Assembly (NCBI GenBank): GCA_001781205.1 | Contig: MFLE01000014.1 | Location: 26,107 to 90,106, forward strand | Direction of reading: 5' to 3' | Length of the DNA stretch: 64,000 nt | Source: Candidatus Kaiserbacteria bacterium RIFCSPHIGHO2_02_FULL_49_34 | GTDB lineage: Bacteria > Patescibacteriota > Minisyncoccia > Phycocordibacterales > UBA918 | In this document: positions 18,893 through 27,143 of the stretch, piece after piece | Numbering within the stretch: the stretch's first letter is position 1 | Layout: the number at the start of each line of letters is the position of its first letter | The notes under the pieces: model-generated | What the model saw: the letters and a program-made list of their open reading frames with translations, nothing else | The model's database searches: none | What the model was told of the DNA's origin: nothing | Position numbers and translations under genes: made by a program

Positions 18893-18925
18893 GAAAAATT
18901 CTCTCCGCTCGTGGAGAGAATTTTT
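18893..18925. terminator. Intrinsic terminator
   Basis: aaaaattctctccgctcgtggagagaattttt. Confidence 0.7.
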
Positions 18926-18943
18926 ATACCACTTGATCTGGCA

Positions 18944-18973
18944 AACAAAAAAAACTCCACGAATGGAGATTTT
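18944..18973. terminator. Terminator for rpsP (minus strand)
   Basis: aaaaaaaactccacgaatggagattttttt. Confidence 0.6.
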
Positions 18974-18974
18974 T

Positions 18975-19430
18975 TTACGCTGCTGCGGGAGTTTCCTGAG
19001 CTGCTTCTGCTTCTTCGGTAGGAGTTTCAGCTTCAGCTGCTTTCGCTGCTGCGGCTTCTTCTGCTGCCTTCGCTTCTGCTTCAGCCTTTGCTTTTGCATC
19101 TGCTTCGGCTTTCGCCTTTGCTTCAGCTTCAGCCTTAAGCTTTGCTTCGTCGATAATTGGTGACTTCTTTGGAAGGACGTTTACTTTTCGTCCTTCGAGC
19201 GTTCCCTGAGTGATAAGAAGGTTTCGTACGGTATCCGATACTTGTACCCCCTTCGCAATCCAGTCCTTGGCACGTGCACCATCGATTTCAATCCGATTTG
19301 TTTTCGGAGAGTATGAACCAATAGTATCTGCATGTTTGCCACTTTTAGGACCGTGACGCGAGTCGGTAACAACAACACGGAATGACGGATCATTCTTACG
19401 CCCAGTTCGCTGTAATCGCATTTTGAGCAT
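18975..19430 (-). CDS. rpsP: 30S ribosomal protein S16 with a long Ala/Glu/Lys-rich C-terminal tail
   Basis: MLKMRLQRTGRKNDPSFRVVVTDSR...; C-terminal ~60-aa low-complexity KAEAEAKA repeats. Confidence 0.9.
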   Translation of the reverse strand: MLKMRLQRTGRKNDPSFRVVVTDSRHGPKSGKHADTIGSYSPKTNRIEIDGARAKDWIAKGVQVSDTVRNLLITQGTLEGRKVNVLPKKSPIIDEAKLKAEAEAKAKAEADAKAKAEAEAKAAEEAAAAKAAEAETPTEEAEAAQETPAAA

Positions 19431-19436
19431 GGCTAG

Positions 19437-19464
19437 AAGATACCAGAAAATAAGGATAAGTCAA
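19437..19464 (-). promoter_or_regulatory. rpsP promoter (leaderless)
   Basis: On the coding strand: TTGACT, 16 nt, TATCTT, 6 nt, ATG. Confidence 0.55.
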
Positions 19465-19541
19465 CCATTTCACCCCAGCACACCATGTCTGCAAAAAAAA
19501 TGCCGCCCGGGTTGGGCGGCTGCGAAATGCGCTGTGGTGAG

Positions 19542-20117
19542 CTATGCGTCACTCTCTTCCTTAAATGCGTCGTACGGAAATGCTATCTGTTTCCAGTCGC
19601 TTCGTTTAAGGTAGAGATTGAGATCTGCCGCGTCTGCTCTTTGTGCAAGTACACGCGGCACAACTGCTTCCGATACCATGTGCGAGTGTGCGTTGATGCG
19701 AAATATCAGAGCTCTGCCATCCCCCGTTTCCACGTAATGGCATACTTTCTGCTGGAAGCCTGCCCTGAGGATACCTTCTTCGCCGACAACAACAGGCGCC
19801 CCTACTCCTGTCATCATCAGTCTTACTTTTGCAGCATCCTTGATGACAAAGAGCGTTCCGTCATCTGCAATACCCCACCCCCTCTGGTTATCGAGCCTTG
19901 CCTTAATAAGACGCCGCGATTCCTCTGCAAGGATGGTTTGTATCCGAATTGCTGCATCAAGGACTGCATCGTGAGTTTTTCCGTCCTCTTCCTTACTACG
20001 TTTCTTTGAACGCAGACTGCGAATAGCGAAAATGAGAACGACGAATGCTATGCATATCGCAATTATCGAAAGGTACATAAGGACGGTATCTACAGTTGGC
20101 ATGGTAAACCTCTGCAC
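19542..20117 (-). CDS. Hypothetical membrane-anchored protein
   Basis: N-terminal TM (LMYLSIIAICIAFVVLIFAI); terminator hairpin gccgcccgggttgggcggc at 19498-19530 downstream. Confidence 0.45.
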   Translation of the reverse strand: MQRFTMPTVDTVLMYLSIIAICIAFVVLIFAIRSLRSKKRSKEEDGKTHDAVLDAAIRIQTILAEESRRLIKARLDNQRGWGIADDGTLFVIKDAAKVRLMMTGVGAPVVVGEEGILRAGFQQKVCHYVETGDGRALIFRINAHSHMVSEAVVPRVLAQRADAADLNLYLKRSDWKQIAFPYDAFKEESDA

Positions 20118-20248
20118 TTCTATGATTGGGAACGAACTTCAGCACTGTACTACCTCGAAACAAAAAGTCAATATCGATTCTATTCTCCGCCATTGTTCGA
20201 ATATAGAAAAAGCCGCATCTGAAGATGCGGCAATTATGCAAGAACTTT

Positions 20249-20911
20249 CTATCCGAGCATAAACAGTACGAGAGAACACGTCATACAAGTGCCATATGCG
20301 GCGCAGCCGAACTCAGTTACCTGAGGAGTATTTCTTCCCAAGATACCAACGGCAGCAGCAGCGACGACCGCAATCGCAGCGCTTACGACAGCACCGACAT
20401 CGCCCCAGGACTCAGGCTCGGGTATACTCAGATACACAAGCTTCAGTGTAACAAGTGCCGCGAGAAACACTAAGGCGGTCGTGCCGTATGGCATCGATTT
20501 TCGAAAGAATACCGCAGCAACCATGAACGCTACCGCCACCATCCAGTACGAGCTAAAATTGTGGCCTACCTCCCACTTTTGTGGCGATGGACCGTTAATG
20601 ACTTGTATGCTAGGGACCGGGTCATTGCTATGGTATGCCATACCAATAGTGGCAACGTCTTCCAAAATATCTGCAAAAAAACCACGAGAAACCCTGCGTG
20701 TTTCTGGGCGTATAAGCACCGTTTTGCCAGGATTTTCGAGCGCGACAGCAAACTCAGGAATCTTCTCAAGGAGCACCTTGTCGACGAGAATGCTTTCGTC
20801 GGGGGTAATCTTCTCCATAGCAACCTCACGCTCTGCACCCACACTCATATCAGCAAGGTATGCGCCACTGAGTATTACAAACGAGAACAAACAAATCAAA
20901 GACCTTTTCAT
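20249..20911 (-). CDS. Hypothetical exported/membrane protein
   Basis: Signal peptide plus C-terminal TM helices; terminator aaaaagccgcatctgaagatgcggc downstream at 20199-20226. Confidence 0.45.
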   Translation of the reverse strand: MKRSLICLFSFVILSGAYLADMSVGAEREVAMEKITPDESILVDKVLLEKIPEFAVALENPGKTVLIRPETRRVSRGFFADILEDVATIGMAYHSNDPVPSIQVINGPSPQKWEVGHNFSSYWMVAVAFMVAAVFFRKSMPYGTTALVFLAALVTLKLVYLSIPEPESWGDVGAVVSAAIAVVAAAAVGILGRNTPQVTEFGCAAYGTCMTCSLVLFMLG

Positions 20912-21055
20912 TGTAGTTTCCTCTGACAGGTGGCACCGACATGGTACCGCTTCTCCACACGCACAGAATGTACAATATTAAATATGATATGTCAATTTCA
21001 ACAGTATGCGGATATGTACGTTGTGGAAATCGCACACGGGGTGTATATTCGCAGT

Positions 21056-21556
21056 ATGAAGAACAAGAAACCACACATACCCCATGTAATGAGCCCTATT
21101 GAGAAAATCACCTCATGGGTTGGTTCCTATACCTCACTTGCGGTACATACGACGGTATTTGCATTGTCATTTGTCTCGGTGCTCCTTGGACTTATTGAGC
21201 TTGACCTTATGCTCCTCGTACTCACAACGATTGTCTCGCTCGAAGCAATTTATCTAGCGATCTTCATTCAGATGTCAGTTAACAACCAAGCAACAATCCT
21301 CCATGAAGTTGAGCATGACATCGACGACATCGCCGAGGACATTGATGAGATTCAGGTTGACATTGATGAGATTCAAGAGGATGTCGATGAGATTCAAGAG
21401 GACATTGATGAGATTCAAGAGGATGTCGACGAAATGACGGAGGAAGAGAAAGCGGAAGAAGCACGAGAAACACATCATGCCGTCACGCTCGAAAAGCTCA
21501 CAAATGACCTTCATCGTCTCCTCAAGGACATTGAATCACTCAAACGGGCAAAATAG
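21056..21556 (+). CDS. Small membrane protein with C-terminal acidic heptad repeats (hypothetical)
   Basis: Two TM helices, then six 7-aa repeats DIDEIQE/DVDEIQE encoded by 21-bp tandem repeats at 21317-21442. Start uncertain; the track ORF starts at 20930. Confidence 0.4.
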   Translation: MKNKKPHIPHVMSPIEKITSWVGSYTSLAVHTTVFALSFVSVLLGLIELDLMLLVLTTIVSLEAIYLAIFIQMSVNNQATILHEVEHDIDDIAEDIDEIQVDIDEIQEDVDEIQEDIDEIQEDVDEMTEEEKAEEARETHHAVTLEKLTNDLHRLLKDIESLKRAK

Positions 21557-21603
21557 AAAAATAGAAAACAGTCTCCGCGAAATGGAGACTGTTTTTTAGT
21601 GTC

Positions 21604-22158
21604 TTACTTCTTGCGAACCTGGAGGAAGTCGAGTTCGACGGGGGTTTCGCGGCCGAACATGTCGACCGTGACGGTGATGCGGCTTGCGCGCGGATCCACC
21701 TTTGCAACCTGTCCTTCGAGGTCTTTGAAGGGACCATCGAGAATAACCACGTATTCACCAGGAACCATGTCGCCCGTATGTTTCTTTTCTTCGGTAATAC
21801 GGTTTGCGAGCTGGTTGAATTCGCCTTCGGTGAGCGGCACTGGTGTGGTACCTGCGCCAACGAAGCCTGTTACACGTGGCGTGTTACGCACGGTGTACCA
21901 TGATTCGTCGGTAACGATCATGTTTACGAGCACGTATCCCGGGAACACGGTGTCTGACTTTTCAATACGCTTGCCGTTTTTGATTTCGACGCGTTCTTCT
22001 GAAGGTACGAGTACTTCGAAGATGAGCTCCTTCATGCCAGGAATCGTATCGATACGCTGGCGAAGGTTGCGAGCAACAGCCTGCTCATAGCCGGAGTAGG
22101 TATGTACTACATACCAACGGGCGATGTTGTCACCGTGTTGTTTACGAATTTGAGACAT
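21604..22158 (-). CDS. nusG: Transcription antitermination factor NusG
   Basis: NGN domain WYVVHTYSGYEQAV...; KOW motif GEYVVILDGPFKDLEGQV. Confidence 0.9.
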   Translation of the reverse strand: MSQIRKQHGDNIARWYVVHTYSGYEQAVARNLRQRIDTIPGMKELIFEVLVPSEERVEIKNGKRIEKSDTVFPGYVLVNMIVTDESWYTVRNTPRVTGFVGAGTTPVPLTEGEFNQLANRITEEKKHTGDMVPGEYVVILDGPFKDLEGQVAKVDPRASRITVTVDMFGRETPVELDFLQVRKK

Positions 22159-22163
22159 AGTTT

Positions 22164-22343
22164 TTAACGAGTGAGTGACTTAATAAGTTCAAGCATACCA
22201 AAGTCAACAAATGCCGCAAAAAGAGCAACCACCACCGAGAGCACGACAACGATACCCGTGTAGGTAAGCGCCTCAGTGCGAGACGGCCAGGTAACGTGAT
22301 TCATTTCCTTACGCACATCGGTAAGGTACTTTGAGATATTCAT
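22164..22343 (-). CDS. secE: Preprotein translocase subunit SecE (59 aa; not in the ORF track)
   Basis: Manual translation MNISKYLTDVRKEMNHVTWPSRTEALTYTGIVVVLSVVVALFAAFVDFGMLELIKSLTR; 5 nt upstream of nusG. Confidence 0.7.
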   Translation of the reverse strand: MNISKYLTDVRKEMNHVTWPSRTEALTYTGIVVVLSVVVALFAAFVDFGMLELIKSLTR

Positions 22344-22364
22344 ACAAGAATTATTAACTTAATT

Positions 22365-22386
22365 AAAAGCCCCGTGGGGCTCTGGA
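22365..22386 (-). terminator. Terminator after gmk
   Basis: gccccacggggc hairpin followed by a T-run on the minus strand. Confidence 0.6.
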
Positions 22387-22455
22387 TACACCCACGATAC
22401 CACAGGCGCAGGCAAAGTCAAAGCGATGGATGTGCCATAGCCTCGGAAAAGGGGC

Positions 22456-23034
22456 TTATTTGCCAATCATATCTCGGACAACGCTTTCAATTGCTCGTTC
22501 TGCGGCAGCTACTTTACCATCTTCATTGACGATGACAGCGTCTGCTTCATGCTTGAGTGCCATTTCGATGTTGTAGCTTTCTTTGCGGAGAGCGAGCTCA
22601 TTCTCGCTCATGGGCGCGCGTCCGAGAATACGGCGCTTGAGATGTTCCCAATCACCCCCATCAACAAAGATGAGGCGATATTGATCGTGTGATACTGCTG
22701 CTTTAATTTGCTGGTAGCCTTTGTGTTCGATTTCGCGGAAAAGGATGTTGCCGTTTTTGAGCGCATCTTGCACAGCATCAAGCGGAATGCCGTAATAATT
22801 CCCTCCGTACTCTGCGGATTCAATAAACTTTCCTGCATCGCGCATAGTTTCAAACTCCCCACGTGAGACATAGTGATATGTCTTCCCTTCAATTTCTCCT
22901 GGGCGTGGCGCTCGACTCGTATACGAGGTCACAAATGAAAGCTTGTCACCAAACACCTTCTCAATATGCGCCTTGAGCGTGTTCTTCCCCGACCCTGATG
23001 GCCCCATGAGCATTAGCAACATCCCCTTTTTCAT
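22456..23034 (-). CDS. gmk: Guanylate kinase
   Basis: GPSGSGKNT P-loop...YTSRAPRPGEIEGKTYHYVS; TATACT 6 nt upstream of ATG. Confidence 0.9.
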   Translation of the reverse strand: MKKGMLLMLMGPSGSGKNTLKAHIEKVFGDKLSFVTSYTSRAPRPGEIEGKTYHYVSRGEFETMRDAGKFIESAEYGGNYYGIPLDAVQDALKNGNILFREIEHKGYQQIKAAVSHDQYRLIFVDGGDWEHLKRRILGRAPMSENELALRKESYNIEMALKHEADAVIVNEDGKVAAAERAIESVVRDMIGK

Positions 23035-23104
23035 GTTTGCAGTATACGTGAGAAATATCCGTTGTCTAATTTCTAAAGGAAGTATTACATGGTACCATCA
23101 TGAA

Positions 23105-23758
23105 ATGTCAAAGGAGTGGAAAGAACAACTTTCAGAAGAAATGAAGAAGCCGTACTTTGTGGCGCTTATGGATTTTGTGGATACTGCATACAAAAATGGT
23201 GATGTGTATCCTTTACGTGAAGATTTGTTTGCTGCTTTTGATGCCACATCATTTGATAATGTGCGTGTGGTTATTGTCGGGCAAGATCCGTATCATGGTG
23301 ACGGTGAAGCGCATGGGCTCTGCTTTTCAGTGCGTAATGGCGTGAAGACTCCACCCTCACTGCGGAATATTTTTAAGGAGATTACTGCTGAATATGGAAA
23401 TACACCGCAAAGCACCGACCTTTCAGGCTGGGCAAAGCAAGGCGTATTACTATTGAACGCAACCCTCACCGTTGAAAAGGACTGCGCGGGGAGTCATACC
23501 GGCAGAGGCTGGGAAACATTCACGGACGCTATTCTTCAAAAAATATCTGATAAAAAAGAGAATGTTGTCTTCCTTCTCTGGGGTAACTATGCTCGTAAAA
23601 AAGGCGCGCTTATTGACCACAACAAACACTTGGTCCTAGAATCCGCGCACCCCTCCCCGCTTTCTGCAAGTCGAGGATTCTTCGGCAACAATCATTTCAC
23701 TACAACGAATGAGTATCTGGAGGCCCACAAAAAAAAGCCAATCAATTGGCTTCTCTAG
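23105..23758 (+). CDS. ung: Uracil-DNA glycosylase, family 1
   Basis: VVIVGQDPYHG...GLCFSV...LLLNATLTVEKDCAGSH...HPSPLSA. The track ORF starts earlier at 22943. Confidence 0.9.
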   Translation: MSKEWKEQLSEEMKKPYFVALMDFVDTAYKNGDVYPLREDLFAAFDATSFDNVRVVIVGQDPYHGDGEAHGLCFSVRNGVKTPPSLRNIFKEITAEYGNTPQSTDLSGWAKQGVLLLNATLTVEKDCAGSHTGRGWETFTDAILQKISDKKENVVFLLWGNYARKKGALIDHNKHLVLESAHPSPLSASRGFFGNNHFTTTNEYLEAHKKKPINWLL

Positions 23759-24048
23759 AAAAATGCGCCCCGCAGGTAAGTGACCTGGGGACGCATGTGC
23801 GCATACATTACTTTCTTGCCAAAAAAGCAAGACCGAGTAGACAAAAAACTGCGGTGCTGACCACGCCTTTCCATCCAAAGAATGCAAAGGCGGTGCCGTA
23901 GACAGCGGCAGAGACCACGATAGTGACTGCGAAACCGAGGGCAAGATTTTTCGACGGACGAGTATTCATCTCTATCTCCAAAGAACGTTAAGAACCAAAG
24001 TGTACATCAAAATATCTATATTGTCAATAGTGTACGCACACCGTACTG

Positions 24049-25179
24049 TTATTCCTGTACTTGTTCAATAATGGGAAGTGTTCCTGTTTCTAGGAAGGTG
24101 AGCATGGCGCCGCCGGCTGTTGAGACGTGAGTGAAAGCGTCCGTTGTGTGTGTAACACCGAGTGCTGCGAGAGTATCACCCCCGCCGACTATAGTGATTG
24201 CGTTCTTGCGGATGGCAATTTTTTCGGCGCAAGCTTTTGTGAAGCGATCGAAGCCAGCTTCGAAGTAACCGAGCGGGCCATTCCAAACTATTTCTGCGGC
24301 TTCGTCGATATGCCGACTGAGCGTTTTGAAACTTTCTTCCCCGATGTCGACAACCATGTCTCCTGATGTAATCTCTGTTGCAAGCACATTGCGGACTTCC
24401 CCGTTTTGGTTTCGTACGAGGACATCAGTTGGTACGACGAGGTTTGGCAGTGCAAGGATTTCAGAATCAATTGCAGCATCAGAGGCAACTGACGTACCAA
24501 TTTCATACCCGCGCGCTTTATACACATCATTCATGAGGGCGCCGCCAATGAAAACATGGGTGTATTTTTGCGCAAGTGTTTTTATAAGCGGCGTTTTTGT
24601 GTCGAATTTTGCACCACCAATAATGGCAAGTGAGGGTGATTTTGGTTCGACGGCAAGCGAGAGGGCGTTGTATTCTTGCATGAATGCTTCACCGAATACG
24701 GTAGGGAGGATTTTTGCAATACCGGTGATTGAAGCGTGTTCGCGGTGCGCGTCAGCAAATGCGTCTACAACAAAGTAGTCACCGAGTGCTGCCATAGTCT
24801 CTGCATACTGCGCATCATTTTGTTCTTCGCGTTCATCATGTCGAACGTTTTCAAGCATGACAACTTCACCGTCTTGAAGCGCATCAATCCCCTGCACTGT
24901 CTCTGAAGCATCGTATGCGGTACCGATAAATGTTACCGGCACGTGTTTCGCAAGTGCTGTAGCCAAGACCTGTAGACTTTCGCCATTACGGCCGAGATGT
25001 CCGAGTAAAATAATTTTTGCTCCTCGCTCCTGCAGCACTTTGATGGTGGGAAGGTTTGCACGAAGGCGTGTTTCGTCAGAAACACGCCCGTCAATAAGTG
25101 GAACGTTCAGCGATGCGCGCACGAGCACCTTTTTGCCACGTACATCAGGCAGCGAAGAAATGTTAGGGAGAGTTTTCAT
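24049..25179 (-). CDS. pgk: Phosphoglycerate kinase
   Basis: KVLVRASLNVPL...ILLGHLGR...GGGDTLAAL motifs; start set to MKTLPNISSL. Confidence 0.9.
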   Translation of the reverse strand: MKTLPNISSLPDVRGKKVLVRASLNVPLIDGRVSDETRLRANLPTIKVLQERGAKIILLGHLGRNGESLQVLATALAKHVPVTFIGTAYDASETVQGIDALQDGEVVMLENVRHDEREEQNDAQYAETMAALGDYFVVDAFADAHREHASITGIAKILPTVFGEAFMQEYNALSLAVEPKSPSLAIIGGAKFDTKTPLIKTLAQKYTHVFIGGALMNDVYKARGYEIGTSVASDAAIDSEILALPNLVVPTDVLVRNQNGEVRNVLATEITSGDMVVDIGEESFKTLSRHIDEAAEIVWNGPLGYFEAGFDRFTKACAEKIAIRKNAITIVGGGDTLAALGVTHTTDAFTHVSTAGGAMLTFLETGTLPIIEQVQE

Positions 25180-25180
25180 A

Positions 25181-25957
25181 CTATGCAGTACACACCTTAA
25201 TAATTGCAGCGAATGTTGCTGGACTGAGTGACGCGCCGCCGACAAGGAACCCATCAATCATGCCGTTTTGCATGAAATCCGTAGCATTTTCATCGGTCAC
25301 CGACCCCCCGTAGAGTACGCGAACCTTGTTTGCAACTGAATCACCGTACTTTCCGTGCAGGTATTTTTTTATTGAAAGACGCATGGTCGAAACATCCTCC
25401 GCAGTTGGTGTAAGCCCCGTACCGATTGCCCACACTGGCTCATACGCGACAACAACGCGCGCAGCAGCGGTTGGTCCAAGCTCCGCAAATACCGCCTCAA
25501 GCTGCTCCGTCACGAGGTGATAATAGTCACCGTCAGTATCGCGCACTTTTTCACCAACACATACAATCGGTGTCATTTTCGCCGCGAGCACACCAGAAGC
25601 TCGTGCCCCAACCTGTGCATTATCTTCCCCGAGAGTGCGGCGCTCCGAATGCCCCACAATCACAAAGGCTCCGCGACGCTCTGCAATCATTCCTGCAGAT
25701 ACCTCACCTGTTTGCGCCCCTACGGCACCCGCTGCTGCATTTTGCGCACCAAGCATAATCGGCTTACCTTTGGTGATTTTACCAATCTCATCAAAATACA
25801 GCGTCGGCACAGCGATACCGACATCACACGCTTCTGTGCCCCGGGCACGAAGCGCCTTAGCGACCACTTCCTTGCCAAGCTTCTTTGCTGCCTCGAGGGT
25901 TGCTGGATGCATCTTCCAGTTTCCAATCACCAAGGGAATTCTTTTTACTTTTGCCAT
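25181..25957 (-). CDS. tpiA: Triosephosphate isomerase
   Basis: IGNWKM...VGHSERR...YEPVWAIGTG...GGASL. Leaderless-type TATACT 9 nt upstream. The track start is GTG at 25963. Confidence 0.9.
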   Translation of the reverse strand: MAKVKRIPLVIGNWKMHPATLEAAKKLGKEVVAKALRARGTEACDVGIAVPTLYFDEIGKITKGKPIMLGAQNAAAGAVGAQTGEVSAGMIAERRGAFVIVGHSERRTLGEDNAQVGARASGVLAAKMTPIVCVGEKVRDTDGDYYHLVTEQLEAVFAELGPTAAARVVVAYEPVWAIGTGLTPTAEDVSTMRLSIKKYLHGKYGDSVANKVRVLYGGSVTDENATDFMQNGMIDGFLVGGASLSPATFAAIIKVCTA

Positions 25958-26013
25958 ATGCACATGAGTATATCATGAAGTAGCGCAGCCTCCACGCAAA
26001 AGAAAAGCCGCAC

Positions 26014-26037
26014 CATGTGCGGCTTTTTCGCAGATAT
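26014..26037. terminator. Bidirectional terminator
   Basis: aaaagccgcaccatgtgcggcttttt. Confidence 0.65.
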
Positions 26038-26049
26038 GCTCTGCAACCA

Positions 26050-26310
26050 TTAGAAGTAGGTTTCGCCTTTGTTTTTCACATCCACCCACGTGGGGACAAG
26101 TTTGGCGCTGCGTAATGGCTTCATTGCTGCCGCAAGCGTTGGCCCCTCCGATGAGCGAAGCAGTTCACGCTTGCCGCCTTCGTGTACCTGGTACACAAAC
26201 ACACGCTTCCCCGTACTCTGTTGACGTCCTGAGCCAACCGCACCATTGCCGTGTTTCCGGTACGGCTTTACCACAACAACCCTTCCAAGCGACTCTCTTT
26301 GCGTACCCAT
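26050..26310 (-). CDS. Small basic protein (86 aa), hypothetical
   Basis: ATG at 26310 is preceded by aaaagggg; KHGNGAV...TGKRVFVY motifs weakly resemble the L21e/SH3-like fold. Confidence 0.35.
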   Translation of the reverse strand: MGTQRESLGRVVVVKPYRKHGNGAVGSGRQQSTGKRVFVYQVHEGGKRELLRSSEGPTLAAAMKPLRSAKLVPTWVDVKNKGETYF

Positions 26311-26416
26311 AGCATACCCCTTTTCAATGCATAACGAATTATACAAGACCAAACTCTGGAACTGTCCCTGTCACTCTAGCAAAATTCACCCCACTGTCAA
26401 ATGCTCTGCGGCGCAG

Positions 26417-27070
26417 CTATCGCACGCCATCCCATTCATCATAAAACTGCGCAAGAAACTTCTTCATGACATCATTTCTTTTTGTGGCGATTTTCTTCGC
26501 AGTTTTGGTATTCATCAAATCTTTGAGGAGAAGTAGCTTGTCCTCAAAGTGTTGACACGTAGCACTACCCGCATTTCTATAGCTCTTTGTCGATGTAATC
26601 TTCGGCGCCTTTCTCGTTGGATCATGCATTGCTCTTCCTGCACTACCGCCATACGTAAACGCTCGTGCGATGCCGATGGCGCCGATAGCATCCAATCTAT
26701 CTGCATCCTGCACCACATAATATTCCTTCGATGCGTGCTCTTTCTTTGTATTGAGCGTCTTACTGTACGACATATGTTCAATAATAAACATCACACTGCC
26801 TATCACTTCATCAGGAACTTTCTGAGACTTCAGAAAGTTCCTCGCAATCGAATAATCATCCTCGTCTTGTTTAATGACCTTGCGATCCCCAACATCATGC
26901 AGCAATGCCGCAAGCTCAATGATAAACGCATCCGCCTGTTCTGTCGCATTTATAAGACGCGCATTCTTCCGCACCCGTTCAATATGCCAGAAGTCATGCC
27001 CTGTTCCTTCATGGAGCAAGGCCTTCTTCACAAACATCTCAGTCTTCTTTAAGATTCTTTCTTTCTGCAT
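26417..27070 (-). CDS. HD-domain phosphohydrolase
   Basis: GHDFWHIERV...LLHDVGD...QDADRLDAIGAIG. Confidence 0.7.
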   Translation of the reverse strand: MQKERILKKTEMFVKKALLHEGTGHDFWHIERVRKNARLINATEQADAFIIELAALLHDVGDRKVIKQDEDDYSIARNFLKSQKVPDEVIGSVMFIIEHMSYSKTLNTKKEHASKEYYVVQDADRLDAIGAIGIARAFTYGGSAGRAMHDPTRKAPKITSTKSYRNAGSATCQHFEDKLLLLKDLMNTKTAKKIATKRNDVMKKFLAQFYDEWDGVR

Positions 27071-27143
27071 AGTGAAACTATACCACCGTCCACAAAAAAT
27101 CCCTCACTGAGGGATTTTAAGAAAATATTAAATACGTATATCT

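Noticed and set aside
19020-19140. Quasi-repetitive GC-rich stretch (gcttcagc/gctgc units) that looks like a repeat array or CRISPR-like pattern
   Set aside because: It is in frame within rpsP and encodes the Ala/Glu/Lys tail. No spacers or repeats of CRISPR size are present. No CRISPR array was found in the window.
22351-22455. Possible tRNA (for example tRNA-Trp, which commonly precedes secE-nusG) in the 110-bp gap between gmk and secE
   Set aside because: The reverse complement has no D-loop or T-loop (GTTCGAATC-type) consensus. The gccccacggggc hairpin followed by a T-run fits an intrinsic terminator for gmk instead. No tRNA or rRNA was recognised anywhere in the window.
23808-23959. 50-aa minus-strand ORF MNTRPSKNLALGFAVTIVVSAAVYGTAFAFFGWKGVVSTAVFCLLGLAFLARK (two TM helices) downstream of ung
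   Set aside because: It has no promoter or SD support and falls below the size threshold. It could be a real small membrane protein, but the evidence is insufficient to list it as a feature.
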